Assembly (NCBI GenBank): GCA_964276515.1
Contig: OZ193910.1
Span: forward strand, 1,426,001-1,490,000
Direction of reading: 5' to 3'
DNA from: Gordius albopunctatus
Lineage: Eukaryota
Length of the DNA stretch: 64,000 nt
Shown: positions 13,301 to 26,151 of the stretch, one piece after another
Position numbering within the stretch: the first letter of the stretch is position 1
Layout: each line of letters starts with the position of its first letter
Notes under the pieces: generated by a model
Databases searched by the model: none
What the model saw: the letters and a program-made list of their open reading frames with translations, nothing else
Told to the model about the DNA's origin: nothing
Program-made: the position numbers and the translations under genes

Positions 13301-16300
13301 GAGGGGGCAGGGAGGAGCGGCTGCCCCCCCCCTCCTCTAAATCTAAAAATTTGTTGAAATTTATTACGACTATGACTAAAATTTCAAAAATGTTTTTATT
13401 TTGCCTTCCCCTCTAATTCCAGTGCTGGCTACGCCCACGTGACAGCCTTTTAAGGACTCCTCTAGTAAAGTTTCTGTATCGAGTCGAGGCTGTTCGTAAT
13501 TTTAGATAGCGTATCGCAACTTACAAACACTTGCTCCAAGAATTATAATTAATGCGGGTTAACACATAAAATAACTCTCTCAAAAAACTGAAACGAGTTA
13601 GAGTCCCAAAGGAGATCGATTTTAACTAGGTTGGTAAACAAGGCCCGAAGACCCGCAACTTAGAAAACAAAACTGGTCGACCCGCTATTTCATACAAAGT
13701 GGTTTGTGTAATTTTATAATTAGAGCGTTATTTAAGTCCCAATTACCCCGACAGTTTTGCCTTGGGAGGGCACGTAAGCAGGGCGATTGCTGAGGCGAAG
13801 CTTGGTTTGTAGCGTATTGTAAAGCGTTTCCAGTCGGGCCTTCTGTTCGAGTCGGGGAGGCTTTTCGTTTCTACGGTATTCTCGGAATTGGTCGAGCTTT
13901 TGTCGGACGGCGCTAAGGAGAGCGCCGTCGCCAGATGCCCCCTTGACCACCTGCAAATTTCGATTTTCTAGCCAGGGCGTAGTCCTTCGAATCCAATCTA
14001 AGAGGTCCGAGCCCAGGGCCTCGTATTGGGCCATGGCGGACTCGTTGTCGCGACTTACCTTGAGCACTTTGCGAATGCGATTGGCGGCGGTTTCGGCCTG
14101 AGGCAGTCGACATAAAGGATAAAAGTAGTTGAGAAAATAAATGCACCGTGGGGGCGCAGTGTGTTTGCGTTAAGGTGGTTTCGTAGTTAGTGTTAGTGAT
14201 TCAATCCTATATATATATACTTACTAGTGTTGTAAAAAGGCCAGGGTTTTTGTTTGGTTCGCCTAAGCATAAAGAGACCAATGATTTTTTGTCTGCTTTT
14301 CTTAGTCGACCACGAAGGTTAGTCGAAATTTGAAAAACATACAATAGTTGACCGTTAGACTTAGTTCAATGTCGGTCGACCAAACAAAACCGACCCGTTT
14401 TTGAAAGACGAGCCGTACGCAGAGTAACGTAAATTAGGTTTTGAGCTAAATCATGCAACGACCGACACACATGGAAAATGGCATTGATCCAACGTTCCTT
14501 GGCAGCATTTCAAACAAATTTTCAAAAATGTGACAATCAACTAACTATCATCAGCTCGACAATTTCGAATGCGAAATATAAGGATACACAGCTTTGTAAA
14601 GTTTCAAAATAAAAGCGAACCTTTTGGGCCCCGGAAAAGGCGTGATAGTACGAAGAAATGTAAGTCATGACCGCCTTCTCGTCCAGCCTGGGGGCGTTGA
14701 TTATATCTAAGCGTCATGCAACATGCAAAAAAGTGACGAAATTGTTAGTAATTAAAAGCAAACTTCGAGAGCAAGGGAGAGATAAAAAACGGGCATTCAA
14801 GGCTAAAAAGGAAAAATTAGCCTCATTTGTCGACTTAAATATAAAGATTAGTGATGGGGATCGTATCATGCCTCAAACAAGCAAAAAAACGACAAATCTC
14901 AAAGATGGGGGTTGCAGTTACTAACTTTGAGTCCGCCGGCGAAAGCGTGATAATAACAAGACACGTATGTCATGATAGCCTTGTCGTCAGGTTTACCCAT
15001 ATTTATTATATCTAACAAGGGACAAAATCAATATTATTCAAAGTAAAAGTATGCACTAATTAGCACCATCTATAGGCTATTTTAATTAGGGACTAATTTG
15101 ACTTATATCTATCCCTATCTTTGTTAGGGTGTGACTGGAAAATGATAGCAGACAGATAACGTTTTGGCTTTTATTTGAGCTCATCAGTATGCCAAAGTTA
15201 ATTTTCTAGTCTATTCACACCATAAATGTCAATTAAGACTAATTCACATTTATTAAACAATTTGTTTCTAGGAGAGGTAGAGACCTGCATGGGCCGGACC
15301 GGGCCTTAAGACGAGAGCAGTATAAAAGGCGTGGCGGGCTCGAGGCTTTAGATAGCCTTTTATTTTTCAACAACGACAATATTAAATCTTTTCATTTTTG
15401 ATTAAACCCTAATTTTATATGCTCTGGCGTAGTTACTTTATCAACGATACAAAATGTATTTACTAATGCGGGCCTCATGGGCGCAATTTTTGCGTTTTGT
15501 CTACGGGCCGGGCCGACCAAAATTAATTTATGCAGGTATGGGCCGGACCTGAACCTAAAATTTCGGCCCACGCAGGTCTCTACTAAGATCTTAATTGCAA
15601 TAAAAACACTAAATTTTTCCAAACTCATCCTATCTCAATGGGTGCAAATTTCGCAAAAATTGGTGGAAAATTAATGGATATACATTACCTTCGGGATCTA
15701 ACATTTTGGGTATGTCTAGGTGCTTTTCGGCAACCTCGAAAGCCAGGTTTAAGTTGGTCCAGGGGTCGTCCTATGCAAAAGTAAAAACCAGTATTCACGA
15801 AGCAAACGTAAGTGAGCATTAGGCGTAGCCAAGGGAGGGGGGGGGGCAACTGCCCCCATATAAATCCAAAAATTATTGAATTTAATAAAATTATGGCTAA
15901 ATTTTTAAAAAAATTTAATTTTGCCCCTCCCCCTCAATCACAATTCTGGCTACGCCCATGCAATTTAATGAATGAATGAAACCTTATTCAGCTTGTGGTA
16001 ATCTATGAGTTCGGGTCGATGCCTGTGGATCAGGGCGCAAAAGGCGAGTCCATCTTTAAAACTATGAAGAAAAATCGAAATTTAGCAAAATCAAACGCGT
16101 AAAATTAATAACGGTTTCGAGGTAACTTAAGAGTTAAACACAAAAATATTACGTATACTAGTGTTGCAAAAACGGATGGGCTACTTAAACCAAAGGTCTT
16201 CATAAAATCCAGCCGTTTTTACAACACTACTACATACATACATACATACATTGAAGGCTACAAATTCTTAGAGATACCTCATGTGAAAGTTTTGCACGTT

Positions 16301-19300
16301 TACGTTCTTGTAGGGGGCCGTCTTGCGTTGGCACCATAACAAAAGTCCATCCTTGGCCGTCATTTCTTAAAAAAGATGTCACGTGAATTGAAAGAAAAAC
16401 TTTGGAAAAAAGGAATAATTGTAGAATTTACAAAAATATTTTTATTCACCTTCCATGGTTATGTCTTGTATCGCGAACCGCAAAATGATGGTCCATATCA
16501 TACCCAGCGTCATTTTCAAATTGCCATCCACTATTTCTAAAGGAAAAATGATGAGATTTAGTTTATTTCACGTAAGAACATTATAAAAACGAAGCGTTAA
16601 AATTGGAAAATTATAAGAGCGGACGTATAAAACAAAACAAAAAACAATTATAATTCAAAAGCGTCACATGTGTCATATCTATTAAAAGTGGCCAGCTGTC
16701 GGCCAGGGATTTAAAATTCTACTTTGCTATAAAAATACCCATTTTTTGTTCAAGTAAAAAATCTGTGGAATATTTAGAGGGCGGGCAGCCACGACTGATT
16801 TCTATGAAAAGCTTAATGCCAACCCGACCAAAAGTCCCAGAGCACGAGGCAACTATAGGGGTAAAGATAGATATTAGTGGGTAGGAGGGCCTGGTATTTT
16901 ACCGTTTTGCGGTCTTCAGCTAGGGTCAGAGCGTTGAAGTTCTTGTTATAGGGGGCGAAAATGTGAAAAAATAACCATCATGCGCGTAGCCGGGGGGGGG
17001 GGGAACTGCCCCCTCTAAATCCCAAAATTCCAATCCTGGCTACCCCAATGTACATCGGGGTCCAACTAAATTTAAAGAGGCCGTGATCTAAGCACTTTGT
17101 TGGTGAGGGGAAGACTAACCTTCAGCCCCTATGGAAACGAGCTTGACGCCCTTGAGTTCGATGAATTTGAGGGCTTTGTTGACGTTGGCGATCTTGTGAA
17201 AGCGCATTTTACCCCGGTCCGGCTTGGGTAGAGTTTCCCCCGAAATGACTTCCAACAGGAGCATGAGTCTGAGTCCGTTCCTGAAATCTTCTTCGATGTT
17301 GTCGATCTGCGTGCCCGCTTTCCTCAAATGACTATTGCACCAGGCGGTGAAGGTCTGAAGGGAGGGAAACATACGATACAAGTATATGTAAGGAAGGATA
17401 TATATATATATATATATGTTAGTGGTGTTATAAGGAAACCAAAGCTTTCCAAGTCTGTTTTTCCAAATTCGACCTCTAGGTTTGGTCGGGATTTGGAAAA
17501 GGAGACCAGAAGCGATCCCTAGTCTTAGTTATTAAACCAAAGGTCGACCAAACAACAACCAGCCGTTTTTACAGCTACGATTTCCCCCAAAACTATCGCA
17601 GATTTTGGATATACACAAAGGCGCATATTCCTAAAAACTAACTTCGACCACTATGAGGCTGTGCAAATGAGTACTTAGAAGGGGAAAAGGGACGAATTAA
17701 TGAGATGCAAGCTCTCGAGACCTAAATTCTTAAAATGTAAGGGTTTCTTTGGAAAAGATCTAGACGGTCCCCCCCCTAGTGCGAAAAAATAATTTTTTCG
17801 AGGTCACAACATTGCACCTTCAAAAACCATCATATGTGCGTAGATTAGAGGTGTGCACGGATCAATCCGATCCGACATCCGATCCGATCCGTCAAAACTC
17901 GGATCGGATCGGATGGATATGAAATTTTTCAAAAACCCCTCGGATCGGATCGAAAAAATTTGATCCGTGCACACATCTAGCGTAGATCCCTCACTGCAAA
18001 ATGAAATTTCTCCGACCCGCCTTTATGATTGGATTGGATTGGATATGGCAGGGGGATCTTCTCCACCCCATGCTACACTAATGTCTGCCCCAACCCCTGG
18101 AAAAATTTAAAAAATATTGGTACTCCATGCACGTTCTTTCTAATCCTTAATATCAGGCAAAGAAGTGTTCAAGATATGATTTTGTTTGAAAACGATACTA
18201 TCTTCTCCCATGTCCGTAGCCAGAGGGCGGCGGGGGGGGGGGCGGGGCGATTGCCCCCTCTAAATTCAAAATTTAATATAATTATGGGGCTAAAATTACT
18301 AAAAATTATCATTTTGCCCCCCTTCCCAAAACATCGTTGCCCTCCCCCTCTAAATCCAATCCTGGCTATTGCTACCTTTCTTCAAAGTCCAGACGCGAGC
18401 CCGCACACTGAGTCGCTTAATATAGGCGTTAGCACAATATGTGCTCGCTGTTCGGTGCACGAGGCAGAGCGGTAGCGTATAAAAATGCTCGAGGGCCGGG
18501 CAGAAATTAGAGCAGATGGTGGCTGGAGTTGAAGAAAGTTAGCAATTTACTTACATAGATTTAAAGAATGGCTAGCTTAGAATTAGATGGGAAGAAAGGA
18601 TTAGTTATAAGGTTAATAACAACAGCTGGGTATGCCCACAAACCCAACGAAACTAGCATATAGCCCCCCCCCCTCATTTTCCACACATTTTTGAATGTGC
18701 CTTTGCTTAGTATAAGGATAGCAGCTGTTTAATGTTTGGTCAGATATTGAATTTACAGTGGAGAGATGAATATAAAATCAGGGGAGCATGAGAGAGACTG
18801 GCTTTGGCTTCTGCTAGATGTAAGTAAGTGAGGAATTGGTTTGTGCTTATGGCGACTTTATGAATTATGATGGTTTAAAGGGGGTGCCCAAAATATTGAA
18901 TTGTTTTTTTTTGTTGCAAAGTTGGGGAAAAGAGTCGGGGGATGATATAAAAAGAGTGCTTATGTTTATATAAAATTGTGGGATTTATAAATGAGTCTTC
19001 TAACATTACAATTGATTAAAAATAAAAATATTAAATAGTTGGGTAGATCTAAGATAAAAAGATGCGTCTTCAAATTTCATATAAGCATTCTATTTTTTAT
19101 CAATGTGAAAATAAATGAAATTTAATATATTAAATAACACATAACATTTAATAGTGTATAATATTATTTTTAAAAACAAGAGACTATAATAGATGCTAAT
19201 TTATTAAGGTGTATTTTGGATTGTAATTGCAAATCAATATTTAATTTTTATTAATTTAGTAGTGATCAAAATAGTAAATGACAGATGTTGTTATTAGGAA

Positions 19301-19840
19301 AGATAGGAAGCAAGGTTATAGACTTGACCTTGTATAAAATCTTCCATCTTGAATTGATGGAAATTCAAAAAATTGTCATACAAATCAGATGAAGAAATAG
19401 GCCTGGCATTGGCTATAAACCAATAAAAAAAGAATATGTTGTGAAGAAAATTATGCATAATTTAAGATTAAATAAAACTAAATTTCCCACTGAGGTACAG
19501 CTCTAAGTGATATATTAACAATGGCCTTAAGAAAAGTACACATAAATCAAAAATTAAATTATAAATAGTTTGGCAAAAATTTAATTAAGGTAAAATTAAA
19601 TTAAGGTATTAAGTGGAATTAATTCAACAAAATACAAATATCATAATTTCTTAATAACATTAACATAAATATGTATAAAATTTTTAAAAATATACGAGAA
19701 TATATACATATAGGTGAAATAGTATTAAATCTAATTACCTTTCTTTGCTGTTTCTCCCAAGCAGGATCTAAGAGTCCCTCCCTTTCCCATTCTTCTTCAG
19801 GTTCCATATAGCTGGGATCATAGTGATTTCCATCAATCAT
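7326..19840 (-). CDS. Actn: Alpha-actinin (2 CH domains, 4 spectrin repeats, EF hands), about 901 aa, 19 coding exons per isoform
   Basis: Exons 5'->3' on -: 19840-19739, 17354-17120, 16536-16450, 16365-16278, 16061-15983, 15770-15689, [15011-14926 OR 14706-14621], 14097-13747, 13238-13032, 12312-12221, 11887-11779, 11323-11183, 10646-10488, 9758-9568, 9453-9360, 9052-8930, 8667-8509, 8168-8010, 7487-7326. Phases join into one 2706-nt ORF. Hallmark peptides: [46 protein letters not shown], and C-terminal LYGESDL*. Confidence 0.97.
14621..14706 (-). CDS. Actn: Alpha-actinin mutually exclusive exon, Ser form ([29 protein letters not shown])
   Basis: 86 nt, TTAG acceptor, GTTCGC donor; same phases as, and paralogous to, 14926-15011. 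Confidence 0.9.
14926..15011 (-). CDS. Actn: Alpha-actinin mutually exclusive exon, Cys form ([29 protein letters not shown])
   Basis: 86 nt, TTAG acceptor, GTTAGT donor, phase 1 to 0. Confidence 0.9.
15278..15582. mobile_element. MITE (TIR TAGAGACCTGC...GCAGGTCTCTA) in an alpha-actinin intron
   Basis: Terminal inverted repeat with GGGCCGG subterminal motifs; no clear TSD. Confidence 0.65.
17846..17979. mobile_element. hAT-type MITE with ATCCG/CGGAT subterminal repeats
   Basis: TIR TAGAGGTGTGCACGGATC / GATCCGTGCACACATCTA; perfect 8-bp TSD GCGTAGAT. Confidence 0.85.
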
Positions 19841-20001
19841 GATTTATTTGAATGAAGATTATGAAATTTATGATGAAAATTTAAAAAAATGCCAAAGATC
19901 AGATATTCGAAGCACGTGATTTTATAGAGCAAAATTCGTATATTCTGAGATATTTGGTACATAACCATTTAAACCCTGGATGACTATGATCAATCCAATT
20001 C

Positions 20002-20181
20002 TTTAGAAGATAATAACAACCCCTTTCAGGAGTGCCCGCAATTAAATTAAAAAATACTCTATAGGGATATACATAGTTCAAATTAGTCTCTAATTAAAAT
20101 TGCCTATAGATGCCCCTAATTAGCGTATTCTTTTAATTTAATTGCGGGCACTCTTGAAAGGGGTTGTTATTATCTTCTAAA
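20002..20181. repeat. Foldback element with ~60-bp inverted arms just upstream of the alpha-actinin ATG exon
   Basis: TTTAGAAGATAATAACAACCCCTTTCAGGAGTGCCCGCAATTAAATTAAAAA mirrored by TTTAATTTAATTGCGGGCACTCTTGAAAGGGGTTGTTATTATCTTCTAAA. Confidence 0.75.
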
Positions 20182-23100
20182 CTATATCATTAACCTGCAA
20201 TTTATTTACTAATTTCTAATATAATCCAATTCTTGTTATTAAATTGCATTGTGGTCACTTTTGAAGTGCAATATAAGCTTTTAAGTGGTCTTTTAAAATT
20301 TATTTCTATAGGAATTATCTATTTTTTGCTTAATTTTATGCTAACGTAAAATTTAATACTCTTCGCATAGATTAAACGCGAATGTGTTGTATTTAAAGAG
20401 TTTAAAGTCTCTAGCGAACTAGTCTCAACTTCCTTTTAATATTTTAAGCATATTACTCTTTATATTCTAACTTTTGGCTATGTTACCTAACAATTTTCTT
20501 GTTTGATATAATAGTTTAAAATATTTAAATAAAACTAATAAATACAAAAAATTTCCTTTTTGTTTATCCCCTATATGTTATCGAAAAAAGTAGGTCCAAA
20601 ATTTTTGCCACCTTCTAATGGGAGGAAGAGGGAAGGGGGAGTAGAGAATGTCTATGAGGTTGAGGATTTATATTATGCTAAATGGTCAAACAATTAACAG
20701 GGGTTTTTAATATAATTTACATAGAGGCATCAATTTTTTAGGCAACAGGAGTTATATTATTTTTTTGCGGACAGGCTGTACAAACAAAAGCACTAAGCTC
20801 GAGCCGAGCTAAAATCAATGAAAAACCATTGGCAGGGCTCAATATTTACTTGAACATGTGTTATTACTTGATAAAAATGTTAGAACGTATAAAAAATATC
20901 AACGGGCTATTTAATTTACAAGTGGTGTCGCTAGCTTGATATACTAGAATTTTTCATAATAAAACTGTGCTACAAACTTAAATAACTAATTCTAGCAAAT
21001 ATAATTATAATCACTTTTAATGTAAATCCAATAATTTTTATAATTTTTTTAAATTTTTAAATCTCACATAAAAAGCCGGCAAATTACAATAAAAATTTCC
21101 ATTGATTGTGCAGTTTTTTGCGTCGAGCTATTGTAAGTGTGAGGAAAGGGGAGATGAGTTACGTAAGGTTGCATACTTAAAGGGGAGTGGGGCAATAAGG
21201 TTTGGGATGGAGTGGGAGAAGGTATAAAGGGTTGGGGAGAGGAAATAGCCTTATTAAGCTCGAGAGTATGGGGTAGAGGAAATGGGAGGGGGGGACGGTC
21301 ACGAACACGCTTGCGTAAAGGGTCAAGGGAGAAGGAGGCCGAAGGCCCAGTGTGTTTAATGAGGAGGGGATGCACCTAGAGAAATATTACTATTCTAAAT
21401 GGTCTAACACTAAGCAGATGGACAGAAAATATACACATTTTTGGCCTAAATGTTTACCAACTATACCAAAAAAATCAATGGTATTTCACGAATATCATTT
21501 ATCATATATCAATGGTGTTGCACGAATATCATTGATAAATCTAATTTTCAACCATCGCGCGAAAAGTACAAAATGACTTGTATCTTATTTTCGTTCGCTT
21601 TTTGCCGCAGGCGAAAATAATCGTTTGCGGTTTCACCAAGAACGCATCCTATTTACAATTGTTATTTTCGTGATATATATGATTCACAGTGAATATAAAG
21701 ATATTAAGATAAATAATGAAGAGTTTGATAAATTAGCATAAAAATGTACTTCGCTTTTTTTCGCTTCACGCGTCATGACGAACGCCCCGTAAATTTCCAT
21801 AGCAATTATTAAATTAAAATTACAAGTTAAATATGACGGATGGAATAGGACGGACGGACAACCTAAAAGGAGCCCATAAATTGTATAGCAATTTATATAT
21901 TTAAGCGTTTCAAAATTAGTTCCATCCTATAAATTTTTATTTTTACATTTTTAACACGTTGTGGATGGCCATACCCAGAAGGAGAAGGGAGGGATGGCTG
22001 GCCCCTCTAAATCCATAAAATCTATCATATTTAATATTAATGGATAAAATTTCGAAAAATGATCCATCTGCCCCCTACTAATTCATTCCTGGCTAAGCCC
22101 ATGAAAGTGTCTATTGTTTTGTTAATCAAAGAATTTATAAACACTTATTAGTTTTCTATATCTTTAACTAAATTTAGCCTTTATCAGTTTATGATCATAC
22201 ATAGTTCCTTTATTCAAAAACCAGACATATGAAATAGTTTAACTTAACTACGATATTTTTTAATTAATGTGTAACAACAATATAAAATTATTGAGTGTTT
22301 TATTTATGATTTTGAAAATCTTTATTAATAAGAGTTACACTTAGTACCACAAATACAATCATAAAAAGTGGCATGAGGGAGAGGAAGAGTGGAATCGCCG
22401 GTTTAGATATGGTTTGTAAATGAAATATGTTAGCTGATCCGAGCAATATGTAATTATTTCGTACTTTTCCGGCCAGAGGTTTGCTGGAATTCACTTTGTT
22501 AGATGCAAAATTGGAAGTCAGACTTTTAGAGGAGTTGGCATATGCCAGTCTCTTATCGACAATTTTAACTCTCACCTTGACCACAAACACAGTGGCGGTC
22601 GTGACATTTCTCGTTTCATTTAAATCATGGTGCATGCTTACTTCACCATTGACACCTGAAGGCGCATCAATCATAGCAATAATAATAAGGCCAATTAGCT
22701 AAGAATGCTTAAATTTATACAAAGGCATGGGCTTAGTCTGCATTGGAATTAGAGGGGGACTATAATGATTCACGGGGGGGGGGGTCAAAATGATTATTTC
22801 TTTAAATTTTACCCATAATTTTAATAAATTTCAACAAATTTTTGGATTTAGAGGAGGACAGCCGCCCTTCCCTACCCCCCTCCCTCCCTTGGCCACGCCC
22901 ATGTACAAAGGTGTCTTAAAAAGCTTAAAATATTACAAGAAATTATTGATGTTCATTTAATGAAAATATTTGTCATAATATTATTAACTCATATGTTAAC
23001 CGTGTGAATACTAAAGGTCGATTTGAGAGTGATATAAAGAATTAATAATAAATCGAATGTAAGCATGAATAAAGCCATGTCACTCACAGTACGAGGTTAA

Positions 23101-25898
23101 AAAGAAACCCAAAGGTAGCAAGCATATGAGTCTGAGAAAGTAATACATTATAAATAAGCAACAATCAAGACGAACAAAAGCATACTTTTAGATAACTTTA
23201 AATAATTGCATATTGGTAATTTATATCTTTTTGCAATATGCACAATGCAATTAAAATCCTGCTTTCTTATAATTTGACGACTTTATTATAATCGTTTGTC
23301 AATTTATTCTAACCAAGCTATAGCTCTTTTTAGATTAAGAATATTTAAATCGATTTAATTAGGAATTTAGTGTTAACACTTTACATGTCGCAATATTTTA
23401 CCATCGTTTAAAAGACAGATAATAAAGGATGTTTGATATTTTTATTAATTTTAATATTATTTAGCCACATTTCCCAAAATGGTTAGATCTTGGAAAAAGG
23501 GCAAGATTTAGATTTACAGTTTAACATAAATAAAATTTGTTTCATTTGTTGATTGATTAGTTTCCAAATACAATCAGACTTAGTGACTAAGGGTGTGTCT
23601 TAAAACGCGATTTTGAATCTGGATTCAAAAAGCGAATGCATGTTAAAACATAGACGCGTCTTAAAACGAGCGTCAAGCCCTTTTTGATGTGATTTACACA
23701 CTACAATAAAATAGAAATACTGTGATGGTGTGGTTATGTTAAAGCAATTTAGTGCCATTTGCATTTATTTAATAATAATAATTTGTTTACCCTTTCGTTT
23801 TTATTTACTAACTAATGAAGAAAGTGAATTCATTTTTTTTGTTTGAGCAAAATGGGGGATATAGCAGAAAGATATGGAAGATTGTCAAATTCAAAATGGT
23901 AAATTAATGCTATATATTTTACTATATAAAACATATGACATGAGCAGGCTGAGGAAACTAAACGTTAATTGACTTAATCGTGTATATATCATTTTGCAAA
24001 TATCTCGCGGTATATGAACATTAAATTAACCTATTTTAATTAACTTCTCAACAACATTATATAAGCGATTGTTTGCGCTTACTTACTTAATAACATGGGC
24101 GTAGACAGGTTTTGGATTAGGGGGGGGGGGGGGGCAAAACGTAAATTTTTTAATTTTTAAGGGTTTTTCCATTGAAATTTTTTTTTTCGCCATTTAGGGG
24201 GGGGGGGGGCTAGAGCCCTGCAAAATCATTTTTTTTCAACCCGAACCCGACCCTTAAGCGTTTTTAATTTTTTAACCCGAACCCGACCCGAAAGCGTTTA
24301 AAAATTTTTCAACCAAAAAACGACCAGAAACGAAAGCTTTTTTAATATTTTAAATTGATTTGCCAAAATAAATTGAGAGCTTTCAGAAACAATTTGACGC
24401 CACGAATTTGAATAATAAATTTATTTGAGAATTATTAAAATTATGTATAAATATAATAGCTACTACAATTTCAGGCCTTAAGTAAACTCGACCTCCTATC
24501 TTCTAAAATTCGTCCAGCTGTAGAAAAATATGTCTCACTGGACGCAGAGGAGGCAGCAGGTATGGCCAGAAATTTACGAGCCAATAACCCTAAAACAGTT
24601 ATAAGAATATATTTTCCCTCCACCATTCTAATGTGTCGTATGTTTCATCCTTTTTTGCAAGTTTATAATGAACTACCTTTCTTTATATTAAACCGTTAAT
24701 AAATATTACCCCCGCCCCCCCCAAAAAAAAAAATTTTTTTTTTGAAAATCAGCCATTTTCTAGAAAACAAAAAACGTTGTCGAAAATCAAAATATACAGC
24801 GAGATTCTTTTACACAAATAAGTATATACCCTTATATTTTATATTTGAAATTAACATCTATTGTAAATTTTCATTTACAGATTTATAACACATCATAGAC
24901 TAATAATGAAGAATTTACCTTGATTAAATACTATAAACAACTTCTTATAAAAATATAGTTGTCAAACCGATGTATTCATGTGCGTAGCCAAAGGGGGTCG
25001 GAGATGGGCGGCTGCCCCCTCTAAATCCAAAAATTAATCTATTAAAATTATGGCTAAAATTGCAAAAAATGATCCTTTTGCCCTTCACTAAATCATTATT
25101 CCACCCCCCCCCCCTCTATCCCAATGTTGGTTATGCCCAGAGTTGTTAAACGCAATTCAAAAATCGGTGCGCGCACTCGCACCAGTTTCAACAAAGGTGC
25201 GCGCACTCGCACCTAAAATTTGATTGCACTATAACAAAACAAAATATAGAGTAATGTTCAATGCATAACCTTTATTTTGTCGAATGCAAAAAACTAATGA
25301 ATTTATTATAATTATAAAAATAATCGATATACAATAAAATAATCAACATAGCATTTTATTCACATTTACCGTTTTCGTGTTTTTCTATAATTTATTTATT
25401 AAGCGACGAGTCCAAAAGTGTAAAGATCAATCGTTGATTGATAAAGTAAATACGTGAATAGTGTGAAATATCGCGGTTAGATTATTTTTATTGTCTATCG
25501 ATAGTAACCAATTTCCCGCCTTGTTATCTTCTCCACCAGGAACATAGACGTATGTTATATATAGTAAATCGGTAGAAAATTAATTTGTTACATATGCGAT
25601 ATAATACAATTGCGAATATCTTTTGTACTTATCCATTAAACTTTAACATAAATCATTAAACTATAAATAATATTTTTTGATGTGCATTAACCTTATGCGC
25701 CGAGTAATTCGTGAAAGGTATGTTTAGATAATATTTTATGTGCCATACTAAAATAAATTAGGTTTTTTAAATGGATTTTGGCCACATTTCTATTGTCTAT
25801 TTTCCTACTTTAAACTTGTTTTTATTTTCGTTTATTCTGAATCCAATGTATGTATATTGTTTGAGATAACATTTTACGAATCTTTGATATTGTTTTAG

Positions 25899-26151
25899 GC
25901 TTTAAAAAAGAAACACGAAGCGTTCGAAAGTGATTTAGCCGCTCACCAAGATAGGGATCAAGTAGATAGTGCCCATAGATAAAGAATTGATGTTAGAATT
26001 TTTAAAAAGTAGCGCCCTTTAAAAATTAAAAAATAATATTTTATGCGCATAGCGCTTTCTACCACTCGGTTTCTGCAAACGCCCGATGCTAGGGATATCT
26101 GACCAATGGAATTTACTAGCCACCCTAACGCAGAGAAGGAAAGGGAGGGAC
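25899..26151 (+). pseudogene. Degenerate inverted duplicate of two alpha-actinin exons
   Basis: 25899-25991 encodes [19 protein letters not shown], then frameshifts (copy of exon 12312-12221; AG acceptor and GTTAGAATTTT donor retained). 26053-26151 copies exon 11887-11779 (NARC*...DQWNLLATLTQ) with a stop, indels and a donor mutated to AT. Confidence 0.85.

Larger units (their letters stand above)
2707..17580. mobile_element. Dispersed MITE family 2 (TIR TAGTGTTGTAAAAA...TTTTTACAACACTA, internal CGACTAAG motifs). Copies near 2707, 4300, 8728, 11560, 11960, 12809, 14225, 16158, 17420
   Basis: Shared termini and internal GGTCGACC/CGACTAAG motifs, mostly within alpha-actinin introns. The 2707 copy has a 6/8-matching 8-bp flank. 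Coordinates span the family. Confidence 0.75.
413..25140. mobile_element. Dispersed hAT-type MITE family 1 (TIR CATGGGCGTAGCC...GGCTACGCCCATG, roughly 70-180 bp). Copies near 413, 871, 1451, 3502, 5777, 9904, 13280, 15818, 16978, 18208, 21965, 22726, 24094, 24977
   Basis: Recurrent TIRs with a shared core (CCCCCCTCTAAATCCAAAAATTTGTTGAAATTT). Copy 22726-22903 has a perfect 8-bp TSD (TACAAAGG); copies at 413 and 1451 have near-perfect 8-bp TSDs. Coordinates span the family, not a single element. Confidence 0.85.

Noticed and set aside
21064..21375. Pro-rich 103-aa ORF and purine-rich tract
   Set aside because: Probably decayed repeat or low-complexity sequence; no supportable domain or splice structure.
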